A stretch of 64,000 nt of DNA from Octopus vulgaris (GCA_951406725.2 OX597814.1:39184001-39248000); one strand, 5' to 3'. Positions 27,935 through 42,078 are shown, counted from the stretch's first letter. Notes: generated by a model from the sequence alone, not told the origin. Translations and numbers: made by a program.

Positions 27935-28255
27935 TATACTTTTCCTACTTGTCTCAATCGTGCATCACCTTGAAAAATGTTTTAGTCGAATGAATCGAAC
28001 CAGTATTTGATACAGTTTTTAAAATTACATTTTATTGGGTTTTTTGAAATCTGGTAATTATTCTCTCATATTCTATCTACGAACCGCTAAGTTATGGGGA
28101 CACAAATATACCAACACCGGCTCTCAAGAGATGGTGAGCAAAACACAGATTCGAAGACACACAGACGTAGACATATATGTACATATACGACTTCCTTTTT
28201 CAGTTTCCATCTCCCACATCCACTTACAAAATCTGAAAGCCGAAACATGTCCCGA
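27935..28255 (-). mobile_element. older SINE family A copy directly adjacent to the previous one
   Basis: TACTTGTCTCAATC...GAACCGCTAAGTTATGGGGACAC...TTTTCAGTTTCCATCT...ATCCACTTACAA. Confidence 0.6.
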
Positions 28256-28705
28256 ACGATACGTGTATGAACGAATACATACATACATACATACATACAT
28301 ACATACATACATACATACACACATACATACATACATACATACATACATACATACATACATACATACATACATACATACATACATACATACATGCATACAT
28401 ACATACATAAATACACACACACACACTCACACACACACACAATGTGCAATCTGAAGCGATCGTCTGCATGAAAAAAATTTCTCATATATTTTAGTAACTT
28501 GTTTCCTCCATTTTCAACTAAATTAATGAGTTTTATGGGACTTCTTTCCATAAATTCAGCATCATATCATATACAAGTATTACTTTCATATCTTCGCAAA
28601 TTTATGCCTGTAAACTACCAGCAGAATATGAAGAATCAACATTAGAAATCTTATTTGGAAACTGCCAAATAAAAGGACGAATCATATCCATTCAACATTT
28701 ATACA

Positions 28706-28748
<43 letters not shown>

Positions 28749-30200
28749 GTCTGTATGTATATACAGACTCACATCCACTTACACTTACATAGTCTTTATA
28801 GACATATTTACTTTGTGGGCTCACCTGTATATTTGCTATGAAGTTACATATAACCATGCAGTGTGTATATGATATGGATGTAAGCTCTCCGTTCGCAATT
28901 TACAACCGAAAGGCACGAGCATAGTCGTCACTAAAACGACCGAAGGTGCTAGCCAGCAAAGGCATTACTAGGAACAATTGTCAAAACAACTCTTAGCCAC
29001 GTGAGACTACTTATCTCTCGACTGAGAGAATGTTCTAGTGTAAGTATGATTCACTTTAATAATGAATGTATATTTGCGTACACATGTGCGTATTGGTGTG
29101 TATGTCTTCTTAAACATGAAGCTATGCTCAGTTTTATATATTTTCATGAAATATATGGTTATGTTTTGACCTATGTCGTTGAAATATCATTCTTGAATTA
29201 TGTTCTGGATTATCTAATATTACTAGTTGCGGCTATTTTCATGGTATTTTAATGAATAATCATGTGTATGCATTCAGTTTATGTGTGTTTTCTCTTGTTA
29301 CTGCAGTTATTTTAATTGGGTTTCGCCTATTGACGTCAGAATAACTTCGGCAAACACAAAATACTTCTTGCATTACGGTAGAATGTTATCTTTCATTCTG
29401 TTTCTGACATACTAATATACATGTGTTTGAGTGAGTGCCAGTATGTGAATTAGTGTGTGTGCGTTTGTGTGTATGTACATGCTTGTGTGCACATGTGTGT
29501 GTGTGTGTACATGCGTGTGTGTACATGTGTCTGGATGCGTATATTGCCTTCTGTATTACGCTTGCTTCCGTTGTCTATCTTCTGGGGCTAATTATATTTT
29601 AGTTAGCTGTATTATCATCTCACGTTATATTTCCATTTTTCTTATCTGGATTTATTTTGTGTAATATAATATAGTTTATCCGATTCTTTCTTAGTCATAT
29701 GATCCGATAGTAAATTTCGAGTCTGAATATTCAAAATGAGGAAGGAGTATTAAAGCTGCTATACGTAAAATAGTAATTTCACGTCTGTTAACATGAAATT
29801 TAGACGAAGAGGAACAGTAGAAAGGAATTTCATGCATTTGTATATAAAAAACAAATCTTTTTACTTTGAAAAAAAAAAAAAAAAGAAAGAATACGACCAG
29901 CAAACACACATCGAATTATGAACCATAAAATGAACGGGGACTGAAAACAATGAGTAATGTGTAAAACGCTAGAGGTGTTAGCTTCTTTATTGTTTATGAC
30001 AGATATAGTGAATGGAACGATTGGGTTTGTTTTAAGTTATATTTTCTTTATTTTTAAGTAATGGTTTTGTAAATATTTTTTGTGAAATCTCCTAAGGAAA
30101 TATAGAAGTGTCATTTGTAAATTTAAAAATTCATTATTATGTAACATCGCCTCTCTTTTTATGAATGGATACTTCGATTCAATCTAATCGTTAATTCGAG

Positions 30201-30292
<92 letters not shown>

Positions 30293-30296
<4 letters not shown>

Positions 30297-30409
30297 TAAT
30301 CCAAACAAGAAAGCAAAAAAGACAACAACGCGAGGATGTGGAACAATTAAAGTATTATTAGGCGCTCAGGAAAAAAGGGAAGAAGGAGGGCATGACGTTT
30401 CGAGCGGAG

Positions 30410-30413
<4 letters not shown>
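30293..30413 (-). mobile_element. Penelope-like terminal remnant with partial hammerhead motif
   Basis: Minus strand AGAGCTCCGCTCGAAACGTCA (GAGC/GCTC stem, GAAAC-GTC) then CCTGAGCGCCTAATAATAC; the 5' core is lost in (GA)n; between microsatellites. Confidence 0.5.
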
Positions 30414-30443
<30 letters not shown>

Positions 30444-31199
30444 CTGCATTAATTCTTACCACGCTGTTGCACACTTGAGCCTCGAAAACGACACTTCGCT
30501 GTAGGGTATAGATTCGAAGAAGTAATTTTCGCTATACAAGCTCAGTGTAAACAACACACTATCTCCAAGGAACTGTGTGTGTTTACGTATGAGTGCGGGG
30601 AAGGGATGCTTCTCCATAACCTTCTAGATCGTGTGTATAATTATACTTGTATATCCGTTGTCTTCTAGTATTTAGACCCCTGTTTCAGTATATGTTGACT
30701 CTGTAAACCTGTAATTTGCAATGCAACGTCTTGGAAAACATAGGGGAAATGTTATTATAATATTGAGAGGTTTGCGCTTCTCCTCACGGAAGTTCTTTCA
30801 TGGATAATATATAATTGTAGACTTTATTTTAGTATAATTTCCCTAGAAGTTGAAAAGAGATGGGACAAGGAAACACCAGAGAAGTTAAACGAACACTGGT
30901 GCCACCTACAAATCGATAAAAGACTTCACATTAGAACGTTACATGATGTGAACAATTTTATAGAAGATTTTTCAATATCTACAGATAATATACGTACACA
31001 AAAAATTCCAAATAGTTTTTCCTTCTTGACTGTGTGATAGAAAGAGCAATAGGTTCGTTGAATTCACCAACACAGCACCACTATTTAAGAAAGAGGCAAT
31101 CATCGATTACATCGACCATCGACGTTAGTTACTCTTTTAAATGATGCAATAAATAAATACTCAGACGAAAATCCCTGCAGATATCTTTCAGAGCTTCCT

Positions 31200-31455
31200 T
31201 GCATGTAGTAATCTTCTCAAACTGTTTAAGTTGGTATACTGTGTCCAGTCCATCGGAAACAAAGTATACCATCTCAAATCTGCTGGCCCATCGTTGTTTC
31301 CTCACACGTCGGCGAAGCTATGGAGAACATTCTTAGAATATAGTCGATCACATTCCTATTTAAATATGGCTTGTTCACAATCACGCAGCACAACTTCTGT
31401 CCAGGAAAGACCTGCTTCATTAGACAACTTCTCAATTATGATTGGGTGCTGAAAG
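31200..31455 (+). mobile_element. CR1-like LINE reverse-transcriptase fragment
   Basis: HVGEAMENILRI...GLFTITQHNFCPGKTCF..QLLNYDWVLK corresponds to RT 'SL.SHVGK.MERI...QHGFRPGRSC.TQLL'. Confidence 0.65.
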
Positions 31456-33366
31456 AATAGGATAATCATTTGTATGCGGGCATGTTATAACTTGAATTTA
31501 CGAAGTTATTTGGTGAAGCTAATTACAGTATGATATGCCACAAACTGTGTGATCAATCTACACATTGACCAAAACCAAACACCGAGAGAATAGCGTGGGA
31601 ATAAAATGAAATATACGAAGATTAGTGTTATTTCATCTTAGTAGCAGAGTCTGACTGAAAGAAGTATATGTAATCCAAGAAAATTAATGAATATTACTTC
31701 GGATACGAGGCTGCAATTATACATTGCTCCGCATTTGAAGCCATTGGACTCCTTTTTTTATAGATAAATGAAGATACCTAGCCCAGTGTAAGTGAAGATG
31801 TGGAGTCAACAACAGACATAATTGTCAACTAAATATCTGCCAACTCAACGAGTTGTTTTCAGGACAAACGTTTTGAGTTTATATATGCATTTTGTCTTGA
31901 AGAAATAGTCAAGAGCTTCAAAACGTTAGTTGCCGCCTTTGGACCATTGACAATCTAATTACTTTAAAAGATATAAAAGTTGTTTCCCTTATATTGATTA
32001 AAGTATATCATGATGGCTTATCAAGTTGATAGTTCGTGAATTGTTGTGTACGAGTAAATAGACTAACAGCCTCTTGTCGTGGTGCGTTGTTATGGCCAAT
32101 TGGAGATATATGAAAATGCAGAAGTGTGTAATTAAACAAACACACGAAGAAAGATTATTATGTACGTTTGGTGTCTAAGATTAATTTTTTTTTAAATCCT
32201 GAGCAGACCTGAAGAAGTGTATTAGATGATATCGGAAGAGCCATTTTCCAGCTTGACAAAACAAACTTGTGTTGATGGATACATCTCCAGACATTGTCAG
32301 TTAAGGAATTTACATTAATTATGAGGCTCTTAGACATTGGCATGAAAATCAATGACAATATTTCACTCTTTAGGTTAAGCATATGAAATATTTCTGCAGC
32401 AAAGTTGAAAAATAATATTGTGAACTGAAATCTTTATGAATTTCAGAAAATAAAAAAAAATAAGACCAAATGTTTCTCAATTAATCTAATAGATAGCTAC
32501 TTGTAACTCATTAAGTATATGTAAATAAATACTTATGTCTTTATATTCTATTTGACTCAGGAATAAAATATATAGAACATGTTATCATGCCATATTATTC
32601 ATTAGTGTGTTATTCTTTCTACCACGTACGTTACTGTTCGACACAACAGGAAATAGTAGTTCTAAGTATGTCAATTTACTGACCACTGTGAACATTTATA
32701 TGATGTTCCTCCGGCAAATAGTAGATTTTCAGTTCTCGAAATTAAAGTGAACATGAAATATTTAGCTTTAAGTTTCGGAAATAAGGCAGATAAATTGATG
32801 AGAGAATGTACGTGAGATAGGATTGGTGTGGATCCTACTTAATTGAAAAGTGTAACGTGATAATGAGTGTGAATGCACTATCTAGTAAATGATCATTTTG
32901 CTTTCAACTACGAGTGGTGTATATTTCAATGTTTCTCAAAAGAATCCTTTGCGCGAGTTTATAGCGATTTATATTTCCATGAGAGTATTATACGTCTTAC
33001 AAAAAAGTATTATGCTTATATACGTACTATGGTTGCGGAAAATATAAGTGGACTGGAGGGCAGTAGAATCTATAGGTGAAAATATAAGCACTAGCAGAAA
33101 AAATATAGATTGTTTTGTGCATATTAGGTTCATAAATGTTTTATGGTACATTAGATTGTTCTCAACTAATTATTTGAATATTATGATATTCAGTATTTCA
33201 TAAATGAAGGATATTAATAAGTCTAAAATGAGCTAAAGAAAATTTCCACAATACATTTACAAATTCGAATAAAATGAAAACAGATTTTGAAAGATCAACT
33301 TTCAAATCCTTAACTATGATCAAACTAAATGATTATTCTGTATCCTTTTGCAATAATAGTGATATA

Positions 33367-33517
33367 GGTGCAGGAGTAGCTATGTGGTATGTAGCTTGCT
33401 TACCAACCACACGGTCCCGGGTTCAGTCCCACTCCGTGGCACTTTGGTCAAGTGTCTTTCGGGCCGACTAAAGCCTTGTGAGTGGATTTGATAGACGGGA
33501 ACTGGAAGAAGCCCGTC

Positions 33518-33567
<50 letters not shown>

Positions 33568-33760
33568 TTGTGTGTCTGTGTTTTCCCCCACCCCCAATCG
33601 CTTGACAACCGATGCTAGTGTGTTTACGTCCCCGTAACCTAGCGGTTCGGCAAAAGAAACCGATAGAATAAGTACTAGGCTTACAAAGAATAAGCCCTGG
33701 AGTCGATTTGTTGGACTAATGTTATGGTCGCACTCAAATGACTGAAACAAGTAAAAGAGA
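33367..33760 (+). mobile_element. SINE family A, near full-length
   Basis: GGTGCAGGAGTAGCTATGTGGTATGTAGCTTGCTTACCAACCACACGGTCCCGGGTTCAGTCCCAC... to TGACTGAAACAAGTAAAAGAGA; reverse complement of the 27513 and 57898 copies. Confidence 0.9.
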
Positions 33761-34870
33761 ATGGCAAAGTATGAAATCAAATGTTTTGATAACTTGGGCT
33801 CCAGAAGTCCTGTGCATGATTCTCTGTTAGACCAAAGAAATTATTCTTTGATGTTTCAACTCAGGGTCAATTTTTGGGATACAAGGAATAATAAACATTT
33901 TATGTTATATGCACACAACCTCTTTTATGCAATTCAATATTTTTTTTCCTGTTACTAAAAATGTACTAATCATATTTTGAAACTGGACTCGCTTTTGTAA
34001 GAAATTAGAAATCTTAATTACTTCGTAAACGAAGTAATCAGCTTGCGATAAGTATTTATTTCAAATGACACCGTTTACGTGATTTAAAATTATATTTATA
34101 CACTTTAGTAACTAAGTCGAATATTTGGTAGTCATAATCTACACTTCCGTATAATTTAACATAGGCACATAGACTCAAGTTTGCTTCGGGTCTATAATCA
34201 ATTATTACGGTACTGTATTATCAATACTTAACTACATGAAACCAGTGGTGAAATGTTGATACGTACCAGTTCTTAATAGATGCTTCATCGATTCTGTAAG
34301 CGGGAGGGACATAGTTGACATCAGCAGTTATATTAACTTGGAACGTACACGATCATAACCAAATACCGCATGGCATTTCATGTCGCATAAGCGTTGCGGC
34401 TAACACTGGACACGATATACATTGTTCATAAATATTACTTATATATATATATATGGAAGTAGTATAACACTTTATAACATGTTTTCGTCCAATGAAACAA
34501 CTATATTTTTTACTAAGGCAAAGTTGTTGCTTAGTGCTTAACTTCCAGCCGTGTATAGCCAGCCTACCCACATACGTACGTTATCATTTTACATAACTTG
34601 TATGCACAGAAAATATCTATTTTGACGTTATTTCAAGCAATCGATAACAATAAATGATAGATGGGTGAAGCCCCAAGCGTCTACTGGGTCTTACGACATT
34701 CTAAAAGTGGCAAGCAAAACTAATTGCAATCGAATACCACCAGGTTAGAAAAGTAAAAATACTTTTCATTGTTGAGTCTTAGTGAATCATGAAAATAGAA
34801 TATACGGACTATATTCTAACGCCTCTAATTATAGATCTCTTGGATAGGAGCTTAACTGGGGATACACAGT

Positions 34871-34908
<38 letters not shown>

Positions 34909-35719
34909 GATAATTTATATCATGAATTTGGAATCAGATTCTAAACTTGTTTCTAGAATGAACTCTACTTTTCACGGAACTGTAAATGTAGAAAACTCAT
35001 TTTAGTTACATAGAATACATACTCCCTGTATCAATTTGCGTTTGCATTGGCAGAGCTCTAAACTGTAAGTATTCTTCTGCCTTAATAATATGAACCAATT
35101 ACCAGCCAAATATTAACGAGTCAGAATTTTCTTACTGCTACACACAGTTACTGCCCCTGTATTTACCAACAACAAAACGAACATATCCATTAAATGCGAT
35201 TCTCTAAAGCGAACTATTACAAAATATCGAGTTAGATAAGGATTCCATTTCGTAAATGCACGTCAGGGAACAATCGAATATATGTGAACTATAATTTACT
35301 AATCACACAACTGTGAATATTATTTAGTGTTCTCTGGCCAAATGGACACATTACTGAAATACTTTATTTCATTAATCACTGAACACGATTTTGTATATAA
35401 CAACTACTGTGAAAGCGACTTCCTAGCTTCTGACCACTGAATCTACCGTCTCACACGGCCCTATCAATAAAATGTCACTTCATAGACGCTTATGATCATA
35501 TTTAAATCGACAAGTCTCTAGCAAAGATGATATAAACTATTTAACAATGAACATTACCTGCAAAATGAGCTAATAAATCGAAAGGTCAACTAATAATGAT
35601 GCCTGGATATGTGTGTGCATGTGTGTTTGCGCGCGCACGTGTGTGTTGTGTATGTTTGTGCGAACTTAAATGTGTACGCATATATTCAAAATATTTCATA
35701 AAATTAAACATACATATAC

Positions 35720-35794
<75 letters not shown>

Positions 35795-36410
35795 ATATAT
35801 ATATATATATATATGCGTTTATGGATGATTGTGTTTCTGCATATGAATGCCTACATACATACATACATACATACATACATACATACATACATACATACAT
35901 ACATACATACATACATTACATATATACGAACGTACACAAGTACATTTAAACAGAGTAAGAAAAGATTCAGAATTGTAAGAACTGGGATGAATGTGGCAGT
36001 GAGACCATTTTGATTGTCCTCGCCGTAAATATATACTGCGAACTTTCAACTACGACAAATAATAATAGGCAATAATTAAATCTTATATCCGAATGAATAA
36101 AGCAATATATATTAGTGTTCAGTCGAATCTTTGGTAACCAATTTGCGAACGGTTGGCTTATTATGGAAAATAAGGATTATACATTGTACATCTTGGAACG
36201 GTGTCAAATAGTTCCATCGTTGAGCCGAATACTGAAGGGTAATTTTGATAAATTCTGAAACATTGCTCTTATACACTTTCACAATTTCATCCCAACACAT
36301 GCTTACTTACATACATGCTGTAATTCGCATTTGTGGGAGGATTTGAAGAGAATAGTTAAGCACTGATCTATGATTATTTAATTTAGTCGACATATTCTCA
36401 TTACAAAGTA

Positions 36411-36470
<60 letters not shown>

Positions 36471-36612
36471 TTGCACATCATATTCATACACATACGGACA
36501 AACACACAAACAAATATAGTTTACATATATACATAAATACATTTACATATATATAAAGGGTGACAGACAGAGGTAGACAGAGACGAATAGATAGATAGAT
36601 AGATAGATATAT

Positions 36613-36707
<95 letters not shown>

Positions 36708-37233
36708 CAGATAGACAGATGGACATACATATATATAGGTAAAATTTGAAGTTCAGATTTCTGACGGAAGTAGGTTTAAGTTGTTGCTTTCTGGACGCGA
36801 ATTCAAACACACTGTTGGCGTTCATTTGAGTTGACAACAGAATGATTAACATTTACATCACGCGTAGAATTCCGAAGTTCCTCCATATGTTTAGCCTGTA
36901 TCTACATCTTGGTTTCTCTTGAAACAGTAACCAACTTTTCTCTTGATTCCTGTTCCTCCAGTAACGCACTGCCTTGTTTTGGTTATTTCCGCATTCAGTA
37001 GCACAATGGCATCCCTCATCGAGCAGGGCCATATACAAAAGCATTACACCCAACACAATTCCATCTTTCTTTTCCTATATCAGTCATGTTCGTTTTCTTG
37101 GCGTTACTCTTTGATGTATAGCCCGTTTAGTTGCTCGTTTTAATACCTCCAGTGACTGTACAAATGATTCCAACAGAGGGTAATATGCGGTAGCTCATTC
37201 CATGTTACACAATGGTATGACATCCACCGTATT

Positions 37234-37298
<65 letters not shown>

Positions 37299-37324
37299 TG
37301 TGTCTATATATAGACACTGAATCT

Positions 37325-37675
37325 TTAGCACTCCGGACGAATTGATTAGCGGTATTTCGTCTGCGGTTACGTTCTGAGTTCAAATTCCGCCGAGGTCGAC
37401 TTTACCTTTCATCCTTTCGGGTGTCGATTAAATAAGTACCAGTTATGTACTGGAGTCGATATAATCGACTTAATTCGTTATATGTCCTTCTTTGTCCTCT
37501 CTGTGTTAAGCCCCTTGTGGGTAGTAAAGAAATAGGTATTTCGTCTGTCTTTACTTCCTTGGTACAAATTTTGCATTTCATCCTGTTGAAGGTTAATAGA
37601 ATAAGTACCAGTCGAGCATTTGGGGCGATCTGACCTTTACCGAAATTTCTGTCCACGTGCCGAATTTTGAATCGA
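37325..37675 (+). mobile_element. SINE family B, dimeric copy
   Basis: Same monomer-tail-monomer architecture as 479-867, junction GTAAAGAAAT|AGGTATTTCGTCTG at 37533/37534. Confidence 0.8.
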
Positions 37676-38776
37676 TATTCTTTGTAATTGAGCATGTGAT
37701 GCTATGGAAGTTTACGAATAACTTTTAACTATACAGAATTCATGATATAGTTGCAGAACACTTTGTATCGAATGGGAAACACCATCAATTCCCATTCGAT
37801 TTTCATCCTTCTGATATCGAAAGTGCAATCAGTAGAAGGATTTATTGAAATTCCAACCATATATTTCCTAAAATATTAGACTTTTATTAACGCGAACAAA
37901 CATTATAAACCCCAATTAGCAATTTATCATGTTAATATTCATTGGTGACGCAATAATGAAAAATGTTAATTACTACTGCAATATACACCTGAACCTTCTT
38001 GAATATGAGCTGTTTCATCTGGCAAAAGCAATTATTAAATATTAGTTTTGACATCTAACCAGGCCGATAATGCGTCAGAAAATATTTTATGAATCCAATG
38101 ATTTACTCCTCTTTCAGTCACTGACTTTTGATCCTTAACTAAAATGTCAATCCTCAGCAACCTTGATCTGGCTCATTTAACTGAGATTTTGCGATACAGT
38201 ACACCACTGTAAATAAGAGTACTGCATCGATTTCGTATTACATTTGTACATAAAGCGTAATGACAGTTATTATAAAACTTACATTAAATGTATTTTAATG
38301 TCTGTTAAACAATTAGAACTAATGGTGAAGAAGCGGAAAATGTATACACAAACACACACACACACACACATAGACACACATAGATATCGGTATAAGCATA
38401 GATATAAATATATACATATATGTTAATTTCTTAATGTTGTAAACTGACTTCCAAGTAACTCTCCGTTACCTTCATAGATAATTACAATGTTAAATTGCTA
38501 ATAGTGCGTAATATTATTTGTAAACATTAATAAAACTTCAAATGTTTTATGATAAATTTTGAAGCTACCAGTACTCTTCTTGTAAGTATATAATAAACAC
38601 GTACTCTACAAACAGTATTAACCTTTGAGTATAATGTAAATATTTTATGATTGTTACCTGGCATAAAAACAAGCATTAATACATAAATGCATCCACACTC
38701 ACATGCAGAAAAACACTGAGACGCACACAGAAACGCACACACTCACATACACACAAAAATATATATACATACATGC

Positions 38777-38828
<52 letters not shown>

Positions 38829-38829
<1 letters not shown>

Positions 38830-39200
38830 CAAATAAAAAATTGGGGAATGGATTAGGGAAGATCCAAGCTATATATGTTTCCTAACTAGCAGAACCTCGG
38901 AGGTAGTAATTCCTCTGCGTGAGGTTATCCGCTAGTTACTCATCAAGCCGAAGATAACCATGTTGTCGTGCAGAAGGTTTCGAATGTAGCCTAGATCTTA
39001 CCTTCTCCATTCCCTAAATTTCGTTTTTATTCTCATACACAGCAACCCCAGTGACTAACGTGAGCTACAAAACAACATTTTAAAGTATATCGGACTTCTA
39101 TATCAGTAAACCACTATTGTTCCTGTGTTATATGCCTTCTACGGACTGCTCGAAGCTTACTGGCTTCCTACACCATTATCCTTGTTTCTTACTTTTATTA
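38829..39200 (-). mobile_element. structured repeat in (TA)n with degenerate hammerhead-like core (Penelope-like?)
   Basis: Nested inverted repeats; minus strand TTGATGA(38946-38940)-G-TAACTAGC...GCTAGTTA-G-GAAA(38881-38878)-CATATATA. Confidence 0.4.
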
Positions 39201-39319
39201 TTATATATGTATACATATATGGGTTTGTGTGTATATGTACATTTGTAAGTAATCTCTCGAAAGAGATTTTAAACTACCCATCCAAGAGAATACAAAACTG
39301 ATATATAAACTGGTTGAAT

Positions 39320-39570
39320 TATCCTGATTTGACCCCATGCGACAAACACCTGTTCCACCACATGATAAAACACTTGACTGTGAACCAATATCGCAGTGAT
39401 GCTGACTTCATATCTGCTGTTGAAGGCTTCTTCACCAATGGAATCCAAGCACTGCAACACTGAATGTAATAGTGTGAACCGCAGGGGGGAAATATGTTGA
39501 AAATAATCATTATATCACAGTCCATGAGAGTATCTTAGTCAGATTATAAACTTTTCCACCGACCTTCATA
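39320..39570 (+). mobile_element. mariner 3' fragment with terminal repeat
   Basis: YPDLTPCDKHLFHHMIKHL..NQYRSDADFISAVEGFFTNGIQALQH (YSPDLAP.D motif region); ends TAAACTTTTCCACCGACCTTCATA, matching the TIR at 48025 in reverse complement. Confidence 0.8.
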
Positions 39571-39689
39571 TTCACTTTGCATTTTGTCCTGAGGTTTCAT
39601 AATTCCAGTGAAATTATTTATTGACACAATTGTTATGCATTTATATGATGAATGTCAGGTGTGGCCATTTCGCGATAAATCAACCAGTT

Positions 39690-39880
39690 CATATATTAGT
39701 TATGTATCTTCTTGGATGGGTAGCTTAGACATCAGGTGCGCCAAACATTATGTCCGGTATAGTATGTTGAATATTAACATCACTACTGCAGTCCAGATCG
39801 GCCATATCAGGATTGCTAAAAACAGACCAGTACTGTTTCTGCAGTATCTCACTCATGGTTTTGGCATTATCTTGGAGATT
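39690..39880 (-). mobile_element. CR1-like LINE ORF2 fragment (pre-RT linker)
   Basis: DNAKTMSEILQKQYWSVFSNPD...DIMFGAPDV resembles the CR1 'A..LN.YF.SVF' segment. Confidence 0.55.
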
Positions 39881-39886
39881 ACTAAA

Positions 39887-40045
39887 GCGGCGAGCTGGCA
39901 GAAACGTCAGCACGCCGGGCGAAAGCTTAGCGATATTTCTTCTGTCGCTACGTTCTGAGTTAAAATCCGCCGAGGCTGAATTTGCCCTTCATTCTTTCGG
40001 GGTCGATAAATTAAGTACCAATGGCGTACTGGGGTCGATCTATAG
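39887..40045 (+). mobile_element. SINE family B monomer
   Basis: GCGGCGAGCTGGCAGAAACGTCAGCACGCCGGGCGAAA...TTCGGGGTCGATAAATTAAGTACCA. Confidence 0.85.
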
Positions 40046-40262
40046 TAGAAACAATTTTCTTGGAGTTTGCCAGTTTCATTAATTATAGGTCCAACAGTGT
40101 ATGTATATATATATACATACATAACAATGTAGCTGTGTCGTTATAAAGCTGAGAATATTAATTACGAATCAATATAATAAAATCGCACCTTATACGCATA
40201 TATGAATACTTGCATGCCTTTATGCACATACATGCGTATATTTTTGTGTGTGCATGTGCATC

Positions 40263-40369
<107 letters not shown>

Positions 40370-41130
40370 CACACACATATACACACACAATATGAGGATA
40401 TTTCGACCTCCAGCATGGCCACAGTCAAATGAATGAAACAAATAATTGAGTATATATATAACGTATAGCACACTGCAACCAGAAGCCTCTCTGTGCCAGT
40501 GGTTCTACAAAGGACCGAAGCCCTCACCCCATTGATAACGAGAGGAGTGAAATTCCCACAACAATAGGGAGAACAGAAAACGAGAACAAGCATAAAAAAT
40601 GAATGAGAGAAAAAGGAAATTGCAAAAATGAAATAAACAGAACCGAAAACGAAACACACGAAACAAAAATCAGTAATTTCCATGGAGAATCCAATGTAAT
40701 CCAAAACCCTAGAGGAGAGAAGAAATTTGGAGGGCACTGAAGGACCTACAAATTTTACCTTCAAGTCAAATGTTTGCAATGAGAAGACGGCAAAAACTGC
40801 CAGCTTGCTCACCCGTGACCCTGCAAAAATTACAGGGGCCTTCAAGAGAAAAACTTCCCCGAGGAAAGATATCAATTATCTCCAAATAAAAAATATAAAA
40901 AGAAGTGGGCTCTGTAGAGTTTATGCGCAAGGCATCAGCCGAGCAACATACTTTTTTGTACATGGCACAAAAGACTGTGCAGCAACCGATCTGTCTACGC
41001 CAAATGTTGAAGTGAATCTAACGGTTTTGTGTGTTTCTTAAATGGCTTATAAACACCATCCACGCTGTAACTGTTTTCGTTCCAGCACACGATCTCAGAT
41101 CAAGTCACTCGCTATGCAAGTACATCTCCG

Positions 41131-41208
<78 letters not shown>

Positions 41209-41639
41209 GCTAATGGATATGAATATCAAGTTTTCGAAATGGCTGTAGTTATACAAGCTACCTACGTAAGTTAACCTGGCGTTGCCCATTTGGAACTACA
41301 GCAGGGACTAATCTTATACACTGCGATTAAATTCTTAAATGAAAACTAGCTTTGGTATCAAAAAATTATCATTCGTAATACAGCTGTTTATATACGTACT
41401 GTCTGTGTATGCTACTTGCCTTTAGTAAATAGGGTAATCTTAGATAACTGGATGGCCGCGGTTGTTAGTGGACAGCGCTTCTACTAGAACGTTTGTTCTT
41501 TTTATCTTTTGTATATTTACTTCCATGTACGGTTTTCATATTCATTTCAGCGTAAACTGCAGATCTTTTCGTAAAATGCTGTCGTGTTCTCATGATCCGA
41601 AGAATCTGCGGAAAATAACTGTTAATAATAATTATCCTT

Positions 41640-41825
41640 TACTCTATAGTCACAAAGCGTGGAATGTGTTGCGGTTGGAGCTAGTCGATTTCATCGATAT
41701 ATTTAGTACTTGACTGGTACTTTTTTCATCGAGCACTGAAAGGATAAAAGGCAAACTTGGCTTCCGCAAAACTCGAACTTAGGACATAAAAACAGGACGA
41801 ATACCGCTAAGAATTCATCAGGCTC
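41640..41825 (-). mobile_element. degenerate SINE family B copy (other decayed copies near 34235-34410, 42190-42330, 57480-57640, 57668-57870, 59655-59790)
   Basis: CTAGTCGATT...ACTGGTACTT...GAAAGGATAAAAGGCAAA...ATACCGCTAAG. Confidence 0.6.
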
Positions 41826-42043
41826 ACCACTTTCATCATAACAAGATCTTCTTCAATATTATTAATGTTGTTGCTGGTAATTTTGCTTTTGTGGTTTCGT
41901 TTTTGTTTTCAACCCTATAGAAAGTAGGCTATATCATAATTGTATAGTGCCTTTTTGTGCTTATGTCCAAGTTCTCGTGTGTTTTGGTTTACTATTACTA
42001 TTTTTGATATACTTATCACAAGTACACAAATTCCCCTCCCCTC

Positions 42044-42047
42044 TCTT

Positions 42048-42078
<31 letters not shown>

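Noticed and set aside
31750-32380. Possible ancient Penelope RT remnant
   Set aside because: Only vague resemblance; no catalytic motif could be reconstructed.
36760-37210. Possible gag zinc knuckle (CVGCNAFVYG) on the minus strand
   Set aside because: His and final Cys are missing and stops are frequent.
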